A stretch of 52,099 nt of DNA from an uncultured Opitutia bacterium (GCA_913046175.1 CAJWSN010000001.1:1-52099), one strand, 5' to 3'. Shown: positions 18,974 through 27,710, counted from the first letter of the stretch. The notes: a model not told the origin generated them from the letters alone. Numbers and translations are program-made.

Positions 18974-20032
18974 TCAAGATTGATTCTTGGAGGCAATGGT
19001 CAGTATCTCCGGTTCGTTGAGCATGGTGCCAATATTGTATAAAACAAGATCTCCCATGGTCCTGCATTTCAGAAAAACCTTGTTGTTGTGGAATTCAGCC
19101 AGTTCCCCCCGGAGTTGCTTGATTTTTTCTGGTGATGAAAGGTTTTCCTTGCACATGCACTCCATCAGTTGCTGCATCTGCTTCTGGGCTGAGTGATATC
19201 GGCGCCCGATTAGGGTACGCTCCTCAATCTGGTATTGCTCAATCGTATCCTTGTTCAGGCTCTGGGTACAAAGCTCGACGATCGGGTTGTTGCCCTTGAA
19301 GAATTGAGGCAGGTAAAAACTGCGATGACCCTCGTAGGACTGCTGGTCAAAGTCGATCGCACGCACACGGTACTGGATTTCCTCAAAATCCGGTGTCATG
19401 TCCACAATGTAATTGTAGGCGCGCATATCTCCGAGGAGGCGGATGAAGCACCGCTCGTTGAACTTCACAAACTCCTTGGCGATTCTTATTCGATTCAGGC
19501 CAAGGTGATCCTTGTAGCGCTTGATATATTCATCTCCCGGAATGCCGGCAATGTGTTCCTCCAGGAGTGTGCCCCGGTCAACGAGGAAATGCATGGCATT
19601 CGGAGACAGGATTTGTTCCAGCGCCAAACCATAAACCCGGGAGGCATCGGCACGCTTGATGTAGTAGTAATCATAGTTGTCGTTGAACTGGTTGATGATT
19701 CGAATGCGGAAAGGGCAGGAGTTGCCGAATGCGCAATAATCAATCCGGTCAACCATTAGATGCTCAACGGCAGAAAGGTCGCCGCCGGTTTTCAACAAAA
19801 TGTAGGTTTCAGCCAGGGTGCGGTTTAATTGCTCTATCTTTTGCGGATTATAAATGGGGTTTTCCCACAGGGTGTCCCGTTGCCTTTTGTCAAGCAGCGG
19901 GTAGGAACTTTCAAAATTGCAGAGTTCCTCGTAGGTCACCGGCAACTCCAGGTTCCTGCCATGTTTTTTGAGAAAACCGTCCAACTTCTTGCTAACGGGA
20001 AAGAACGGTTTGCGCTTGAGTTTGGTTTTCAC
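18974..20032 (-). CDS. hypothetical protein with an atypical (RIO/Kdo-like) protein-kinase-fold signature
   Basis: YYYIKRAD is Lys-like. LLEEHIAGIPG is hinge-like. LGDMRAYNYIV resembles the RIO loop HGDLSEYNILV with the same Asp-to-Asn spacing. RAIDFDQ resembles IDFPQ. The gene looks more AT-rich than its neighbours. Confidence 0.45.
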   Translation of the reverse strand: MKTKLKRKPFFPVSKKLDGFLKKHGRNLELPVTYEELCNFESSYPLLDKRQRDTLWENPIYNPQKIEQLNRTLAETYILLKTGGDLSAVEHLMVDRIDYCAFGNSCPFRIRIINQFNDNYDYYYIKRADASRVYGLALEQILSPNAMHFLVDRGTLLEEHIAGIPGDEYIKRYKDHLGLNRIRIAKEFVKFNERCFIRLLGDMRAYNYIVDMTPDFEEIQYRVRAIDFDQQSYEGHRSFYLPQFFKGNNPIVELCTQSLNKDTIEQYQIEERTLIGRRYHSAQKQMQQLMECMCKENLSSPEKIKQLRGELAEFHNNKVFLKCRTMGDLVLYNIGTMLNEPEILTIASKNQS

Positions 20033-20097
20033 CTGGAGGGTCTGTGAGTGGTTTCTATTTGCAGGTCATGGATTCGCCTTCTGCCAAAAGCACCTTG

Positions 20098-21168
20098 TTA
20101 CTGCGCTTCATCTGCCATCTTTTGGGCAAGCATGGAAAGTTCTGCGGCCTTGAAGGCGTGCTTCTGTGTCATGGCGGTCTCCGTGCGGTGGAGGCAGTCA
20201 AGGATGAGCTGCCCAAAAAAAGGGAAGGCCACCCGGCCCTTGCACTCAATAAGCTTTTCCCCTTCGCCGTCGACCAGGAAAATCTTGTTCGACCCTTGTC
20301 GTGTGACATCACAATATTTCCTGACCTCCATGGTCCCTTTTGTCCCAACGACAAAAACCCGCCCGTCTCCCCAGAAACCTAGACCGTCCGGCGTGAACCA
20401 ATCAACACGACAGTAACAGGATGCGCCATTGTCGGCCGTGAGTGAAGCTTCACCGAAATCCTCCAGTCCGGGCTTGTCCGGAGATGCGAAATTTTCCACC
20501 CGGGCCAAGTTCACTCTGGCGTCCGAAGCCCCAGCATATGTCAGGAACTGTTCAAATTGATGGGAACCAATGTCTGTCAGTATCCCACCGTACTTTTCCT
20601 TCTCAAAAAACCAATCCGGCCTCTTGTCCCTGGAAAGCCTGTGGGGTGCCATGATGAGAACCTGTACCACATCCCCGACCGCCCCTTCCCTTATTAATTC
20701 CCCGGCGTGAAACCCCGCCTCCTGGTGAAGCCTTTCCGCGTAATAGACCATGTACTTGCGGCCGGTTGCCGCGACCTTTGCTTTTGCCTCCTCCAGTTGT
20801 GCCAGCGTGGTAAATGGGGACTTGTCCGTGAAATAATCCTTGCCGGCATCCAGCACTCGCATTCCAACGGGGCCGCGGTCACAGGGAATGGCCGCCGCCG
20901 CAACCAACTGAATCTCCCCATCGTCCAGTATTTGATCAAGGCTTTCTGCGGCCCTGGCCTGTGGAAAAGTCTCCTGGAAGGTACGTACTTTTTCCGGGTC
21001 CGGATCGTACACATATTTAATTTCTGCCCCGGCTTCCAGAAGACCATTGCATTGGCCGTAAATATGACCGTGGTCCAATTGCGCGGCTGCGAACTTGAAT
21101 TCTCCTGCTTGCACCACAGGCCTTGATTTCCCCTTTGGGGCGTAGTTCATGCCTTCTGCACGTGTCAT
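20098..21168 (-). CDS. Gfo/Idh/MocA family oxidoreductase
   Basis: It has a Rossmann N-terminal half (LVAAAAIPCDRGPVGMRVLDAGKDYFTDKSP) and an oxidoreductase C-terminal half. Length is 356 aa. Confidence 0.8.
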   Translation of the reverse strand: MTRAEGMNYAPKGKSRPVVQAGEFKFAAAQLDHGHIYGQCNGLLEAGAEIKYVYDPDPEKVRTFQETFPQARAAESLDQILDDGEIQLVAAAAIPCDRGPVGMRVLDAGKDYFTDKSPFTTLAQLEEAKAKVAATGRKYMVYYAERLHQEAGFHAGELIREGAVGDVVQVLIMAPHRLSRDKRPDWFFEKEKYGGILTDIGSHQFEQFLTYAGASDARVNLARVENFASPDKPGLEDFGEASLTADNGASCYCRVDWFTPDGLGFWGDGRVFVVGTKGTMEVRKYCDVTRQGSNKIFLVDGEGEKLIECKGRVAFPFFGQLILDCLHRTETAMTQKHAFKAAELSMLAQKMADEAQ

Positions 21169-21433
21169 TAATAATACCTTCCTTTTGCTTGGGTCAATAT
21201 AGCCATTACGTTTTGAGTGATTATTTTGTCAAATCAAGGCAGGAGCTTGAATGCTTGCCTCTGATATTGAACATACACCGGTTTTGACTGTCTCTGTTGT
21301 TATAATCAAACGACCCAGAAAAAGCTTGCAATTTCTATACTTATTCACAATTGCTCACAACGAGGGTTCATTAACTCTTGGGCATTTTTGAGACAAACAA
21401 CGAGGATTTTTTTGTGAGGAAAGGACAGATAAT

Positions 21434-24271
21434 TTGTCAGCATATACTGTTTTAATTGGCTTCACCGCCTTGATGATTGCAGGCTGTGCGGGCTTTTTCA
21501 GCGTCATTGGCATAGCAGATCTTTTTGAGGGCAATTCGCCATGGATCAGGAATGCGGTGATTATAATGGCAGCGAGTCTGGAGGTGGGCAAGTTGGTGGC
21601 GGCCTCCTTTCTTTATCGATACTGGAAGAAAAGCAGCCTGGGACTGCGCACTTATTTATTTTCTGCAGTCCTTCTACTGGTGGCAATCACCTCGTTTGGC
21701 ATCTATGGTTTCCTTTCCAAGGCATTCCGCGATAATGATCTCAAGGTTGAGACCCTGCGCAACAACCTTGCTTCTCCTGAGGGGGAAATCGCATTGCTTG
21801 ATCAACAGGCCAAGGTCTTCCAGGGCGACATCCGGGTACAACAAGACAAGATAGCGGAACATCGGGCCAAGATCGGCGCCTACCAGACAAAGACTTCATC
21901 CCTGGAGGATAGAATCCTGGAGCGTGAGCAGAGAATCCAAACGATGGAGCAGCAAGTGGAGGCCCTGCGGAGGCAGACGCCCGATGCGGTGCCTGCGAAT
22001 GAGAAACATATCGCGGATGAGCGCGTGCGCCTGAAGGCGCTCATCGCACAGGTTCACCTACAAATTGATGATCGTGAGGATGCCAAGCTGCAGCTTGTTC
22101 AGGCATCAAACAGTGAAATTGCCAACTACCAGAAGCAGGCCCTCCTTGCCAATGAGCGGATGGTGGTGCTGGACAATGCAGTCAAAATCCTGACCGACAA
22201 GGGGCCTGGTGGGTTTCTCAAGAATGACTATGTAAAAAAAGGGGAGGAGCTGCGCCTCCAGCAAAAGCCTGAACGGGACGCCCTTCGTGCACATGTGGCC
22301 TCGCTCAATGAAAATATAAAGATTTCTCGCGACCGCCTTCAACAAAACCTTGCCCGCATCGATGTGCGCATCAAGGAACAGGAAGCTGACATCACTGCGC
22401 ACAATGCATCCATTGGCAGGCTTGCTGACAAGGCCAAGACCCTGGATGTCGAAGCCCAGCAGCAGCATGAGGCAAAAATCACCGTGGTGCTGGGAGAAAT
22501 GACCGGCGTGGAAAATGAAATTCGCGGCATCAAGGGTGAAGTGCAGACAATTGCCGCCGAGGTGCGCAAGGAGGAGGACCTCATCCTGAAGGCAGAGTAT
22601 GCCATTCAGGATAATGAGGCGGGAACCCTCAAGGCCGAAACCGGCAAGCGGAAGCCGGAGGCAGAGATTTCAGCAATCCTCACGCAGGTGGATCACACGG
22701 AGATCGGCGCCTTCAAGTTTATAGCGCGCGCATTTTTTCAAGACTCCATTGAGGCTGCGCGTGCGACTGGCGACAAGACTTTGGTGTGGCGTGCTGAAAC
22801 AAAGGCCATGGACAGCGTTGTCAAGTGGTTCATCCTTGTGATTGTCGTGGTTTTCGACCCGCTGGCGGTGACCCTGGTTGTTGCCTTCAACGTGGCGTTG
22901 ATCAAGGATGAAGTTAATAAAAAGGAGTTTTGGAAATTTGCTCTAAAGCCTGCCATGGCAGTGTTGATTCTCGGGCTGATACTTGGTGGTGGGTTTATGG
23001 TTCTGCAAAAAGGCGGCCTACAATGGGGTTCGTCAGAAGTGGACTCCAGTGTTGCAGAAGCCGGACAAAAGGAAAACCCCGACGCCACGCCGCTGGAGAA
23101 ATTTCGTCAGGCACTGTTCTCCCCGCAGAAAAAAGATGCCGGTTCCTCGATCCTGGCCGATGCACCACTTTATCAGCGGATTCCAGCGGATTCCGTATTT
23201 GTCATGACTTTTAGAAGTTTCGACAATGTCCTCGACAGCGCGGAATTCGTCGACCTGCTTAAACGTGGCCTGACCAGTTCCATTGCACCAAACCTTGCCC
23301 GGGAGCTCAAATTAATTTGTTCCGACCCGGCAGGATATGGCCTTGCCCGAGCACGCCCAGCGTTTTTCTTTTCCAAGTTTCCGCCGGGGGATGCCCCCAA
23401 GGGACCTGGTGCGATTGCCTCCTACCCGGCATCGGGTGTTTTGTTCAGTTTGGAGCGTCCTGGTTCCCTGGAGGTGCAGCTTGCCCATACACTCCTGGGA
23501 ACCATCGGTGGTCGCTGGAGGGTGGAAATTGACAACGGCTTCAAGGCCTTCTACCATCGCGACCGTCGATTGGCTGTGGCTTTTGATCAATCGGCCCTGG
23601 CCATTTACGAGGATCCGCTGGGCCAGCTTGGAGACGCAGGGCTTCGGGATGAAATCAAGAATCTTTTTTCCGGCAACGCACCCACCCTGGCTTCCAGCAA
23701 GACTTTCGTCCGACACATGCAGGCCCAATACGATCTGGGGCTCTGGTTTGACGGGACCGCCTTTTTCCGGGAGATGAATCGTGATGCCGCCGGTTCGCCT
23801 CTTTACGGCCGGCTTCGCAAGTTCCTGGATTTCCAGAGCACGTATGAAGTCACGTTTGACAAAGGTGTGGCAATGGTGGACGGCAGGTATTATTATCGTG
23901 AAAAGCGTTTGCTCGATGCAGGCATCTTGTCCCTTCGCTCTGCCTTGCAGGATATTCGACCTGGCGATGCCAACACCGCCCAGGATCAACTGATGCTCCT
24001 TTGCGTGGAGAAGTTGGATTTCACCAGTTTTTGCACCATACTCGAGAAGCCTGAGCCCTCAGAAAACAAATTTGTTAAGCTTCTTGGAGCCGATGAGGCG
24101 ATGGACAACGTTGTATTCTCCCGCAATGTGGACAGCCCATATGAAGGACGCTTTTCCCTGACCCTTGAATTGAAGGAAAAGAATCTCCACAGCCTGAGTG
24201 AAATTTCCGAACTTATTCAAAAATCCATGCAGCCGGAAGTCTCCAGTATCGAGACCAAGACCTCCAATTAA
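21434..24271 (+). CDS. hypothetical polytopic membrane protein: 3 TM, ~370-aa coiled coil, 2 TM, ~400-aa unknown domain
   Basis: TTG start preceded by GAGGAAAGGA. TM helices are VLIGFTALMIAGCAGFFSVIGIA, AVIIMAASLEVGKLVAASFLY, TYLFSAVLLLVAITSFGIYGFL, WFILVIVVVFDPLAVTLVVAFNVALI and AMAVLILGLILGGGFMVL. A long heptad-rich region lies between TM3 and TM4. No family recognised. Confidence 0.8.
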   Translation: MSAYTVLIGFTALMIAGCAGFFSVIGIADLFEGNSPWIRNAVIIMAASLEVGKLVAASFLYRYWKKSSLGLRTYLFSAVLLLVAITSFGIYGFLSKAFRDNDLKVETLRNNLASPEGEIALLDQQAKVFQGDIRVQQDKIAEHRAKIGAYQTKTSSLEDRILEREQRIQTMEQQVEALRRQTPDAVPANEKHIADERVRLKALIAQVHLQIDDREDAKLQLVQASNSEIANYQKQALLANERMVVLDNAVKILTDKGPGGFLKNDYVKKGEELRLQQKPERDALRAHVASLNENIKISRDRLQQNLARIDVRIKEQEADITAHNASIGRLADKAKTLDVEAQQQHEAKITVVLGEMTGVENEIRGIKGEVQTIAAEVRKEEDLILKAEYAIQDNEAGTLKAETGKRKPEAEISAILTQVDHTEIGAFKFIARAFFQDSIEAARATGDKTLVWRAETKAMDSVVKWFILVIVVVFDPLAVTLVVAFNVALIKDEVNKKEFWKFALKPAMAVLILGLILGGGFMVLQKGGLQWGSSEVDSSVAEAGQKENPDATPLEKFRQALFSPQKKDAGSSILADAPLYQRIPADSVFVMTFRSFDNVLDSAEFVDLLKRGLTSSIAPNLARELKLICSDPAGYGLARARPAFFFSKFPPGDAPKGPGAIASYPASGVLFSLERPGSLEVQLAHTLLGTIGGRWRVEIDNGFKAFYHRDRRLAVAFDQSALAIYEDPLGQLGDAGLRDEIKNLFSGNAPTLASSKTFVRHMQAQYDLGLWFDGTAFFREMNRDAAGSPLYGRLRKFLDFQSTYEVTFDKGVAMVDGRYYYREKRLLDAGILSLRSALQDIRPGDANTAQDQLMLLCVEKLDFTSFCTILEKPEPSENKFVKLLGADEAMDNVVFSRNVDSPYEGRFSLTLELKEKNLHSLSEISELIQKSMQPEVSSIETKTSN

Positions 24272-24274
24272 TAC

Positions 24275-25879
24275 ATGTTTCGCGAACATCCACCATTAAT
24301 TTTGCTCTGGGTCCTGCCTGTTATTGGTGCAGGGTGTGCGTCTCAGAAGACACAGTCCGTTGAGCATCCACCAACTTCCATGATTGCGCCCGAACCGATG
24401 GAAGGGGAGGCAACCATAACGATTGCCAGCCTGGAGACAGCGCCAGGCGGGCTCGAAACTGAATTCCGTGTCCATGGCGGAGAGGATGACGCCTGGTTGA
24501 CCCTCGGCTTGCCTGGTGTAGCCGGATCGTCTGGTGCGCCCAAGGGGGAAACGACCCGCGGGGACTTGCCTGTGTTTCCAGTTGACAATGGGGCTGTTCG
24601 GGATGTGCCGGTGTTTTCCGGGGATTCCGAGCTTGGGGTGGTTCAGGCAGGTTCCCATCTGCAAAAAACCAGTCAGGCCATGGACCTGCCGGTATATCCC
24701 ATGGAGGAGCCGGAAGATCTCGCAGAACCGGATTTGGCGGGTCCGGCCGGGGAGGGCGGGGTTCCATCAAATACACGTCCAGCCACCCCGTCTCCTGCTG
24801 ATCCTACCCCGGAGAAACACGAGAAACCTCGACCACTTCCCGAAAATGTTCGCACCGCCTTCTTGAAAACGAATGCAGAGATGAACGACACCCCGGAGGA
24901 GCCCGGGACGAGAAAACCTTTCGCATGGCCTCGACCAGGATCAGCTGTTGAAACACCGGAGAATCTGCAGGCCCCGACAGACGATGTGGCGGCATGGCTC
25001 AAGGGCCATGCATTGCCCAAGCCCGTGGATTCTTTGGGGCTGCTGGATGAATTTGATGGCCCGGCAGACGCATTTGCCTGGCTCCTTCAACGCAGCCAAT
25101 CGAACAAGGCGCCAGACTCCCTGGCCGAAACCCGCAAGCAGATGGCCGTCCTCGATTGGCTGGCCCGTCTACAGGAAAATAAAAGTAATGAGCCGTGGGG
25201 TCATGGACGCAACCGTGACTTGGACGAGGTGCTTGCATGGTTTCGGAAAGGCGGCCTCGGCCAGGATGACAATGCCCCCGGACAGTCAGCCATGACTGCT
25301 GCGACCGGGCAACTTTTCCAGTGGCTGGGCCGATCCGCGCAAAAGAATGATGGTAATCACCCGCCTACAGGCGACGTGGTTGTTGGGGCAGATCCCTTGT
25401 CCCGGTGGCTTTCCCAAGGCCAAAAGGCTGGCCCTCCATCTTTGGTCAACCATCAACCAGATCAGGCCCTGAAATTTCCCCTGCAGTTATTCTCGGTCGG
25501 AAAACCTGTGGCGGTGAATTCAACGGGAAGGCCGCCAACAAACCCTACTGCGTCGAAATTATGGCTTCAGTCTCGCCTCGTAAAGAAGGCGACTCCTGAT
25601 ACCACCAGCCAAACCGGGACAACTATTCCCCAAGTGGATTATTCAGCCGCTTTCTCGTGGTTGCGTCGTGCGTCAGACAATTGGCAGCAACAATCGGGTG
25701 GTATGACAGCCCGGCGAATCCCGAGTCGAGTGAAAGCCAGGCCACGACCCAGCCTTACGGATGAGGAAAACCTGACTGAGGCCATGGGTTGGCTCCGAAG
25801 AGGCACTGGCCAGCGCAGACATTCCCTGCATGCAGCAACGGGAACGGATGCCTCCATAGAGGCGAAGCAGACTCCGTAG
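24275..25879 (+). CDS. hypothetical Pro-rich lipoprotein with a reiterated W-L motif
   Basis: Its ATG lies 3 nt after the upstream stop. The signal and lipobox-like sequence is LLWVLPVIGAG-C21. The composition is low complexity and Pro/Gly/Asp-rich. Ten x-x-W-L/F-x-[RKQ] motifs are present. Confidence 0.75.
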   Translation: MFREHPPLILLWVLPVIGAGCASQKTQSVEHPPTSMIAPEPMEGEATITIASLETAPGGLETEFRVHGGEDDAWLTLGLPGVAGSSGAPKGETTRGDLPVFPVDNGAVRDVPVFSGDSELGVVQAGSHLQKTSQAMDLPVYPMEEPEDLAEPDLAGPAGEGGVPSNTRPATPSPADPTPEKHEKPRPLPENVRTAFLKTNAEMNDTPEEPGTRKPFAWPRPGSAVETPENLQAPTDDVAAWLKGHALPKPVDSLGLLDEFDGPADAFAWLLQRSQSNKAPDSLAETRKQMAVLDWLARLQENKSNEPWGHGRNRDLDEVLAWFRKGGLGQDDNAPGQSAMTAATGQLFQWLGRSAQKNDGNHPPTGDVVVGADPLSRWLSQGQKAGPPSLVNHQPDQALKFPLQLFSVGKPVAVNSTGRPPTNPTASKLWLQSRLVKKATPDTTSQTGTTIPQVDYSAAFSWLRRASDNWQQQSGGMTARRIPSRVKARPRPSLTDEENLTEAMGWLRRGTGQRRHSLHAATGTDASIEAKQTP

Positions 25880-25899
25880 CCCTCCAACCCAAGGGCCCC

Positions 25900-26802
25900 A
25901 TGGAACGGGACGACTACTGGAAACCCCTGTTTTTCCCGGGACAGGCGACAAATTTCTTCAACCTTGGGGATTTACCTGAATTCCTGCCTGATCATGTCAA
26001 TTACCATGCAGGCAATGCCCTCTTTATGGCCGAGCTTTGTCGCTGGATTTACAATACCGACAACGAGGAAGCCCGTGCCTCTGGCTCCAGTACGTCCGTG
26101 GAAAATGCCTATCTCGATCGGGCAAACCTTAGGGAGGTCAGGCTTTGCAACCCCGAGGAGGCCCAGGCAAGCCTGCTCCTTTCAAAAGATGAGTCCTATG
26201 CCATCCTGCTATATCGTGGCACCAGCAAGCTGCAGGATTGGCTGGCAAACCTGAATGCCCCTGCAGTCCGTTGGTGGGGAAAGGGGATGGTGCACAAAGG
26301 GTTCATGGAGGCCTTCGTGAAAATATGGGAACAGGTTGCCCCGGTTTTGGCTGACGTGTCTGTTCCCGTGTTCTTTGCCGGACATAGTCTGGGTGGCGCC
26401 CTGGCAACCCTGACCGCCTCGTTGCGCGCTCCTCATGCCCTTTACACATTCGGTTCCCCAAGGGTGGGCAACCGTGTCTTTGCCCAATCCCTGCAACATG
26501 TCACCGTGCATCGTCTTGTTAATGGACTGGATGTGGTCCCAACACTGCCGATACCCGGTGGACCTCTGGACTATGTTCACGTGGGCAGACGACGTCGACT
26601 CTGGACGCATGCACGGTGGAACCTGCTTCGTGGGCTCGCCGGGCTTCGTCGCTTGTGGCGTCGACGAAAATTTTCAGTGGATACTTTCCTGCAGGCGGAA
26701 AACCCATTCCGCCCATCGGACTTCCTTGTGGACCATGCCCCCCTTAATTATGTCACGCGCCTCCAGCGGGAGTGGCATCGCTCTTCAGCCAGGAGAAGGT
26801 GA
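25900..26802 (+). CDS. class-3 lipase family alpha/beta hydrolase
   Basis: Nucleophile elbow FFAGHSLGGALATL, Asp motif VNGLDVVPTLP, and His motif VDHAPLNY. Start placed at ATG 25900, 20 nt after the upstream stop. No signal peptide. Confidence 0.85.
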   Translation: MERDDYWKPLFFPGQATNFFNLGDLPEFLPDHVNYHAGNALFMAELCRWIYNTDNEEARASGSSTSVENAYLDRANLREVRLCNPEEAQASLLLSKDESYAILLYRGTSKLQDWLANLNAPAVRWWGKGMVHKGFMEAFVKIWEQVAPVLADVSVPVFFAGHSLGGALATLTASLRAPHALYTFGSPRVGNRVFAQSLQHVTVHRLVNGLDVVPTLPIPGGPLDYVHVGRRRRLWTHARWNLLRGLAGLRRLWRRRKFSVDTFLQAENPFRPSDFLVDHAPLNYVTRLQREWHRSSARRR

Positions 26803-26899
26803 GCATCCTTGGCCCCGTCACCTTAAAAACCCTTTAATTCAGTCCTTGATTTTTCCGGGCATTTTTACACTCTATCCCGTCCAATCCCACGAAAAGAGT

Positions 26900-26976
26900 C
26901 GGGCCGTGGCGCAGTCTGGTAGCGCACCAGTATGGGGTACTGGGGGTCGTGAGTTCGAATCTCACCGGCCCGACCA
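26900..26976 (+). tRNA. tRNA-Pro (anticodon GGG)
   Basis: I folded the cloverleaf by hand. Acceptor is CGGGCCG/CGGCCCG, D arm GCGC-AGTCTGGTA-GCGC, anticodon arm CCAGT-ATGGGGT-ACTGG (GGG at 34-36, G37), T arm GTGAG-TTCGAAT-CTCAC. The discriminator is A and CCA is encoded. Confidence 0.95.
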
Positions 26977-27263
26977 ATTTTTCCATCTCTTGGCCGGTCA
27001 ACCGGAACAGGTTTCACGGATTCCAGGAGTTGCAAATTTAGAGGCACTGGAGGAATGCCGCTTTATTAATGGATAATGCCCCACAGCAAACCAGGGTTAA
27101 AATACCAGGGATCATGCTCCACAAATCCAGTGATGAGGTTTTTCTTTCCATAATTTAAGAATGTTCAATTACTGGTTTTAGTGTAACGTACCATAAAGCC
27201 TCCTATCCCGCTTTGGGACAAGGCTTTCCACGTGGACCGGGAATTAACTGATCCCCTCGGGTT

Positions 27264-27710
27264 TTATTCGACTGGATCGCCTCCACCTGCCTCATTGAGG
27301 GCGGTTTCAGGCCTTTGATATTGGGCGCTGCCAAATCCAAGTATCGGGATGCATATAAATGGGAAAAACACCATGCAAACTCCAAAACCTGCGCTTTTGC
27401 CAAAACATTTCGCCAGCTCAATATAAAACATCCATACCCACACAATTGCCGTACAGGGGACTATAAGCATAATCACCCACCACATTGGCTTCCCAATCAT
27501 TTCTACCATTACCACATAATTCCAGATGGGAACAATGGCGGCAACACCAGGCTTTCCAGCCTTGGTGAATATCTTCCAGAAGCCGGCAACGATAAGGACA
27601 CCCATGATTGTGCATATAATCGCCACAACCAACATGCCTATGCCAGCTGCTGCCGCAGCCCCTCCCATCATGGCTTCAAGTTCTTCTTGAGTATATTGAT
27701 CAGTGCTCAT
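27264..27710 (-). CDS. DUF5684-like small membrane protein
   Basis: GFWKIFTKAGKPGVAAIVPIWNYVVMVEMIGKPMWWVIMLIVP...LAKCFGKSAGFG matches the pattern I associate with that family. Confidence 0.75.
   Translation of the reverse strand: MSTDQYTQEELEAMMGGAAAAAGIGMLVVAIICTIMGVLIVAGFWKIFTKAGKPGVAAIVPIWNYVVMVEMIGKPMWWVIMLIVPCTAIVWVWMFYIELAKCFGKSAGFGVCMVFFPFICIPILGFGSAQYQRPETALNEAGGGDPVE

Noticed and set aside
21169-21433. Sigma70-like hexamers in the divergent intergenic region (TTGACT ... TATAAT near 21283-21305)
   Set aside because: By my count the spacer between the hexamers is only about 11 nt, which is incompatible with a canonical promoter. Promoter consensus for this lineage is unknown, so I made no call.
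27088-27115. Short direct repeat ACCAGGG-N8-ACCAGGG downstream of the tRNA
   Set aside because: It is a 7-nt repeat with no partner elsewhere and no adjacent gene start. This is within chance expectation for a window of this size.
26803-27263. tRNA-Pro as the anchor of an integrated genomic island
   Set aside because: I found no integrase or recombinase, no duplicated tRNA 3'-end (att) repeat downstream, and no obvious compositional shift in the flanking genes. The upstream three-gene operon has GC similar to core genes (about 53% in one hand-counted 60-nt sample).
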